This document shows, one piece after another, positions 56,696-64,000 of a stretch of 64,000 nt of DNA (position 1 is the stretch's first letter; each line of letters opens with the position of its first letter). Where the stretch lies: NCBI GenBank assembly GCA_951406725.2, contig OX597835.1, positions 30,256,001 to 30,320,000 of the forward strand, written 5' to 3'. A program made the position numbers and the translations under genes. The notes under the pieces were generated by a model. That model saw nothing but the letters and a program-made list of their open reading frames with translations. It had not been told where the DNA came from and searched no databases. Source of the stretch: Octopus vulgaris (Eukaryota).

Positions 56696-57572
56696 TCACC
56701 TATACATACACCCATATATACACACGGGCCGAGATACAAGTATACACAGTTTTTCCGTTACATATATATTTCAAACGTGGTACGAAACCAAAGGATCGGA
56801 AAAAATACAAAAACAAAAACAAACAGTTATTGCTGGCACCATGTTATGGCTTTTTATTGCCACAAACGAGTAAATAAGAGCAAATTCAAACACAGAGAGA
56901 ACACACAAGGATATGTGCGTTTTAACAGCCATTTACAAATCTATGTTCGCTTGAATTATATGTACATATCTAAACATGTCCGCATATAGAAAAACATATA
57001 CGAATATGTAAACGTACACAAATAACCACAGCCACATATATATATACGATGCATATCTAAGTAGATACATCTGTTTAGGTCTGGCTAATTGAATAGGCTT
57101 GCCGGTTACTATTAATCATGTATACGGCATGTATTTTTTTCCCTTCATTATTATGTTTTTTTTTTCATTTTTCTTGGTGGGGTTTTTGATGTGATTTTCG
57201 CGTACATGGGTACATCTGATCGTAAACTTACACAGGCACAGACACGTTCATGACAAACATTTATGACAAACACATACACACACACAGAAACATGCACACA
57301 CACAGAAATATGCACACACACACACACACACGTAGAGACGCTCACACACACTCACTTATGCACTCACGCACATAGACTTGCGCAGGCGCATGTACACACA
57401 CACTGCGCACGCGCATAACGGCATGTAGACGAACGCACATATTCGTATGGCTGAGTGGAAATTCTATTTCTCTGATCATATACATATATATATATACATA
57501 TATACATATATATATATATATACATATATACATATATATATATATACATATATATGTGTATAAATACATAAA

Positions 57573-57629
<57 letters not shown>

Positions 57630-58748
57630 TTATACATATACATATATGTATATATGTATATATACATATATACATATATAAACATATAAATAGAAAGCTA
57701 AATATATATAGCCTTATATACACATATATGTATATATACCTATATGCTTATATATATAAACATGCACGTGTATATAACTATACAGGTATAAATATATATA
57801 GATATATATAAGTATATATATAAGTATATATATATATATAAGTACATATATGCCTATATATGTATATATATATATCTGTACTTATGTATGTATGTATTGA
57901 TGGATGGTTATAGATATATATGCCTCGCCTTCCACATGCCGGTACGAATTAAATTATAAAAAAACACCTATTATGACATCATATATCATTTCGTATCTAT
58001 GTGCGCGCTCACTCACACACACACATACACACACACTTACTCATACGCGCGTATATACACACAAAACAGTGCAACATTTTGCCTTTCTATTTTTTTTTTG
58101 AGTGTGTTGTTAAAACTCATATCAATGAAATGAAATTAATTCTTGGTTCATTTGCGATTGAACTTTTCAAAAAAAATAAAAAGTTTGCATTTTAAAAACT
58201 TAACAAGCACAGCATGATAATGTTTAGAAAATACACAAATGAGATAGATTAAAAAATCTGAATGTTCGACGTTTGTTTTTATATAAAATAAAAATGTTTA
58301 TAAATTAGCTTTTGCTGTGAGATTTAAACGCTAGCTCTTCATTCTTTCATCAATATTAACATCGCTATATTTTATATATCTCTGAGTGAATTTCTCTGAT
58401 GCATTTTTTTATTAACACATCTACGGAACCAATTGAAGAAGAAATTACGATTTTTATTCATGATGTAAAGTAGATTCAGCTACGAAACTATGGAGCTGCG
58501 AATTTATGAAACAACCACCAAACGATTGCGCTGAATTTCTCATTGGTCCAAAAATTTTAATACAACAATTGGAGACTTTTTTTTCTTTAGGCACTTGTCA
58601 ACTACTCTCCAGGAATTATCTGTCTATCTATCTATCTATCTATCTATCCATCCATCAATCGATCATTCAGTCAATCAATCTATTTATCTGTATGTCTGTT
58701 GGACTGCCTGTCTGTCTGTCATCTGCGTGTGTCTCTCTCTCCCTCTCT

Positions 58749-58826
<78 letters not shown>

Positions 58827-59061
58827 CATATACATATACAATATATATATAATATATATATAATATATATATATAAATATATATATAATATATATATATT
58901 ATATATGCATTATATATATATAGTATATATATACATAAATATATGTATATATATTACATATATAATATATATATAAATATATGCATATATATATATATGC
59001 ATATATGTACATATGATATACGTTTTATCCTCACGTGTGTCTATATAGAGATCTGAGCGTC

Positions 59062-59096
<35 letters not shown>

Positions 59097-59364
59097 ATCT
59101 GTCTAACTAAATGCATACGTACATACATACATACTCACATATATATGTCTGCATATGTATATATAATAACATATATTCATACACACACACACACACACAT
59201 GTATGTATACAACTAAGAACTGAACAACATAGGTAATATATATTTATCTCAACATATACTTTTGAACACATGTTAAACATTGTGAGATCGATTCGTGGAC
59301 ACAATCCAACCAGTTATTAAATTTCAATTCATTATATTCTCTCCCTTCATACATATACATATAT

Positions 59365-59438
<74 letters not shown>

Positions 59439-60165
59439 CTATATAATTTTCTCTCTGTGTATGATCGTTTACATGTACTTGTAATTCGTATTCATAGTAT
59501 ATATGTATATATAATGTATGTGCGGTATGTGTGTGGGACATATGTTTTTCCTTTTTCATTTTTCCATTCTTACTGCAAATCGACATAAATAATGATGCCA
59601 GAATCCGGAAAATGACAATGAATTATTTTAAAATATATGTAATATAACGTATGTAATAAAGCTATATATACATACACACAAACACACACACACATACACA
59701 TATATACACACACACAGAAACACACACACATATATATATATAGATATATACGTTTGTGTGCGTATATATCAGCAGTGAATTCTTTTGAGAATATAGCGTA
59801 CATTATAGCGCATTTACATAATTCACCATATGCATACTATATATATGTTTATATATGTACGTGTATACATATATATATATATATATATATATATGTGCGT
59901 GTGTGTGTGTGTGTGTATATATATATAAATATATATAAATGTATATATATATAGATATATAGATATATAGATATACATATAGATAGAGAGATAGAGATAC
60001 GTTGATAAATAGATTGCTATACATATATTCATATATATATATGCATACATATTTGCATATATATATATGTATGCATATATATGTATATGTATGTATGTAT
60101 ATATATATATGTATATATGTATGTATGTATGTATATGTATGTATGTATGTATGTATATATGTATG

Positions 60166-60250
<85 letters not shown>

Positions 60251-60594
60251 GAAACAGATTGTTTTCTTTGTATCTAGGGAGAGTCGTACGCGTGTGTTGT
60301 CAGAAATTGCGAGATAGTGAGTGACTGTTCAATATAAGTTGTGATATGTAATGAGTGCTGGTTAATTAATACCTGTGCAGGTAGCTGTACATACATACAT
60401 GCATATACATACATACATATATATATATACACATATATATATATATATAATTAGATAGATGCTGAAAGTTGCAGGGTATAGGTATCATCATGAAAGGGCA
60501 GGGTGTATTTAAGAGATAATGCTTGAATGGTAAATGCGTCATGTCATACCAATGTGCGATTGAAAATGCCGGAGAAAACGAGAACTATATATTT

Positions 60595-60658
60595 TTTATT
60601 TTTATTTATTTTTATATAGTTTCAGCTCACGAGCTGTGGCCATGCTGGGGCACCGCCA
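60595..60658 (-). mobile_element. ~50 bp LINE/SINE 3'-tail-only insertion
   Basis: Minus strand TGGCGGTGCCCCAGCATGGCCACAGCTCGTGAGCTGAAACTA. Confidence 0.8.
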
Positions 60659-60914
60659 ATATATATACATATATATTTATATATAATGAAGTGATATATT
60701 GTGAATATATATATATATATATATATATAAATGTATACGTACACTCGCACCTATTGATACACATATACACACACTGTCACACACACACTGACGTACATAT
60801 ATGTGAGATATATCGATCAGTGCATAAATAGATAAGGAGAATTGATACATCAGTACCACACCTCTATTTCGTTTTCCAAAATCTTCACTTATTTTCACGG
60901 ATATGTGTGTATGG

Positions 60915-61036
<122 letters not shown>

Positions 61037-61410
61037 TTTTTTCTTGTTTCAGTTCAGAGCTGCGGCCATACTGATGCACAGCCGTTTTGTTCTACACTGT
61101 TATGACTAGGAACCTCCTCTAAAATGTGGCACTTGGTGAAGAATGGAGTTTGATATAGCTACTCTCATTTGCACCTCTTGCCGTGAGGTAGGTTCATCTG
61201 GGACTCTCGACAGGAAGATGTCCAGCTTTGATTTAAAAACCGCTATATCTACTTTGTGCAAGTTCCTCAGACTCTTTGGGAGAATATTAAATAGCTGTGA
61301 ACACTTGAAACCCAGGCTGTTGCAGAAGCTGGTCCTGAAGCGTGTTGGCATTGCTGGGATCTTTGGCACTATGCAGTGTCGTCCCGTTTTAGCATTGGTG
61401 TAGCTTATAT
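61037..61410 (-). mobile_element. 5'-truncated CR1/L2-group LINE: ORF2 C-terminus + 3' UTR
   Basis: GRHCIVPKI...FCNSL.FKCSQLFNILPKSLRNL....FKSKLDIFLSRVPDEP...SNSILHQV* matches the (W/F)N.LP...FK..LD C-terminal signature. A short 3' UTR ends GCTCTGAACTGAAACAAGAAAAAA. Confidence 0.8.
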
Positions 61411-61704
61411 TGTATATGATATAATGGGCGTTGGTTGGCCACGTGTTAAACAAGCTTGCTTTGTAATCAAGTGGTTTAGTTTTCGATTTCAGTGCATGTC
61501 ATCTTCGGCAAATCTTTCCTGCTATAGGCATGGGTCGACCAATGCTCTTTGAAACTGCGTGGAAACGTATATGAATATATACACAAACATACATACATGC
61601 ATAAATGCATACGTCCGGTCATATATACATACGTCTAGCCATCATACGTACATACGTACATCCGTCAATACATTCATCCCTTCATACATACATACGCTAA
61701 TTTG

Positions 61705-61870
61705 TACAATACAAGTGCAACCTGTGAGTGGAATAGTAAAAATATACAAGACTTTTCGCCAGTTCCAAATGTGAATTTGTCTGAGTTAGCTACATCCCAA
61801 TAATGGAGCCTTGCATCTTTGTTTGAAACCGGCTCCTTCCTCGGTGGAAGATTTATAATAATTAAAAACA
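61705..61870 (+). mobile_element. Extreme 3' tip of an R4/Dong-like element related to 1690-2355
   Basis: IQVQPVSGIVKIYKTFRQFQM* resembles LQIQDITGAVKNCETLPKFIT*; UTR GAAACCGGCTCCTTCCTCGGTGGAAGA resembles GAAACCGACTCTTTCTTTAGTGGCAAGA at ~2305. Confidence 0.65.
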
Positions 61871-62204
61871 TAGAAGAGACATACATCCGTACATAAATAT
61901 ATATATAATCCTTCCATTCATACCTACACATATACATACATCCATATATGCATTCATCCATCCATGCATACGTACATCCATACATACATTTGTCCATCTA
62001 CAGATACGTACGTACATACATGTGTGCATGCATACATACATCCGTGCATATATACATACATATATAGGTACATACAGATATACATACATGCATACAATCA
62101 TACATTCATACATACACATACACATACGTCTATCCATACATCCATACATTCATACAGACGTACATACATACATGTATGCGTACATGCATAGTCCGTACAT
62201 ATAT

Positions 62205-62414
62205 ATTTCTTTACTACCCAGAAGGGGCTAAACACAGAGGGGACAAACAAGGACAGACAAACGGATTAAGTCGATTACATCAACCCTAGTGCGACCCCGA
62301 AAGGATGAAAGGCAAAGGCGACCTCGGCGGAATTTGAACTCGGAACGTAACGACAGACGAAATACGGCTACGCATTTCGCCCGGCGTGCTAACGTTTCTG
62401 CCAGCTCGCCGCTT
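62205..62414 (-). mobile_element. SINE family C, low divergence, small internal deletion
   Basis: Full head (minus strand AAGCGGCGAGCTGGCAGAAACGTTAGCACGCCGGGCGAAATG) plus the tail type seen in the 22.7-23.3 kb array. Confidence 0.88.
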
Positions 62415-62496
62415 TAATATATACATATATACATACATATATCCATACAAATATATATACATACATACACACATACATCCATACATACGTATATAT

Positions 62497-62695
62497 AAAA
62501 TAAAAAAAACGAAGTACAAACTAAAAAAAAAACCTCAATGGCGTTGTACATGTAAAATATTAGCAGACGCTGAGGGGATGCATGAAATGTGGTTTAACGT
62601 TTCGAGCAAAGCTCTTCCTCAGGAACAGAGGGAAGTCCAAAAGCAAAGGAGAACGGAGGTAAATAAATCGCCAACGATTCACATGGGGTTCATGC
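62497..62695 (-). mobile_element. Hammerhead-like element copy with canonical core (motif 62592-62626)
   Basis: Minus strand gttc-CTGAGGA-aGAGC ttt GCTC-GAAAC GTT-aaac; upstream CGTTGGCGATTT is shared with the 49788 copy. Confidence 0.7.
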
Positions 62696-62739
62696 GTATA
62701 CATATACATATACACACACAAACACACACATATATATAC

Positions 62740-62789
<50 letters not shown>

Positions 62790-63030
62790 GTATGTGTGTG
62801 TGTGTGTGTGTCTGTATGTGTGAATGACTTTGTCTTTGTGTCCTTGTTTGTCCACAAGTCCTCCTACCGCTCGACAATCGCCATTCATTTTCCACAATTA
62901 CTGCAACCGAGCAGTCCACAATAGAAACTGACAGAATACGTATCAAACTTGAAAAAGATAAATAAGTAGCAATTATATGTGTGTATATATATATATATTA
63001 TGTATGTGTGTGTGTATGTGTATGTGTTTA

Positions 63031-63065
<35 letters not shown>

Positions 63066-64000
63066 TCTATTTGTCCACCATAATCGCTTCACAACTGGTA
63101 TTGGTTTGTTTACATAACTTTTTGCAAAAGAGGCCGGTAAAATTAGTATCAGACTTTAAAAATAATTAGTGGTGTTGACGTTTTTAACTAAAATTCTTGA
63201 ATGCTTTGCCCGAGAATGGCCGCATTCTAATGACCGAAAGAAGTAAATATTAAAGGATATTCACAACTCTCAGTTATTTCAAAGATTTTAAGTCTAGAGA
63301 CAAAACAGCTTTGCTATTAGTTTAGTAGAAAGTAACATATATTGGTTGTTAAAGTTGGTGTAGTTTCTCTTTATTGAAGTGATAACATAAATAGAGAAAA
63401 ATAATATTGTAAGACACGGCATGAAGCGAATAGAGAAGATATGTTTGAAAGATATAGAAGAGAGAGATGAAGAGTGAAGAAAAAATAGGGAGAAAGAAGG
63501 AGGGGAGAGAGAAAGATGGAGATAGGATATATAGGTAAGAAAGAAAATAGAGGTGACAAAGCATGGGGGCGGTAACATGAGCAAGGAGTAGTTGGAGGAA
63601 AAGAGAGAAAGAAAAATGGAGGAGAAAATGCGAGGACTTTTTTTTTTCCAGTGGAATATAGTGAAAACAAAATGGCGTCCATGTTACGATGAATACGAAA
63701 ATAACAGCAGACATTTTGTAAGAGAAAGAAGGCAGAAAGTCGTATAACGAAAAGAGGAGACGAAAGAAACGACGACGTGAGAAGGAGAGACACGGAGAGA
63801 CAGACAAATAGAGGCAGAGAGAGAATTAGAGAGAGATGAAAGAGGAGAGGAAATGATAGTAAGATGGAAGGTGAATGACCTCAGAAAAAGATGAGATACG
63901 GTCAGACAGTTATATATCTATGTATATATATATTTTACATATATGTATATCTATATTTTGATATATATACATACTATATATAAACAAATATATGCATGTA

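Overview
AT-rich, extremely microsatellite-dense eukaryotic non-coding DNA. The tRNA-headed SINE families and repeat make-up suggest an octopus (cephalopod) genome; this is inferred, not database-checked. No host protein-coding exon can be supported, and nearly all listed ORFs are translations of simple repeats. The coding remnants are all transposon-derived: an R4/Dong-type RLE endonuclease (1.7-2.35 kb, plus a 3' tip at 61.7 kb), an L1/Tx1 APE endonuclease (24.5-25.3 kb), mariner fragments (30.9-31.7 kb, 52.7-53.0 kb), a Penelope GIY-YIG C-terminus inside a ~2.3 kb inverted-repeat structure (45.6-47.9 kb) and a CR1/L2-group LINE 3' end (61.0-61.4 kb). There are also three SINE families (labelled A, B and C here) and several MITEs. 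The most notable signal, which the ORF track does not show, is about ten minimal type-I hammerhead-ribozyme-like motifs. Two have intact cores (14258-14302, enclosed by a ~60 bp inverted repeat, and 46270-46345, nested in the Penelope element). A variant lies in both Penelope arms, and six related copies sit in ~200 bp elements embedded in (TA)n tracts. Coordinates were read by eye and element boundaries are approximate.
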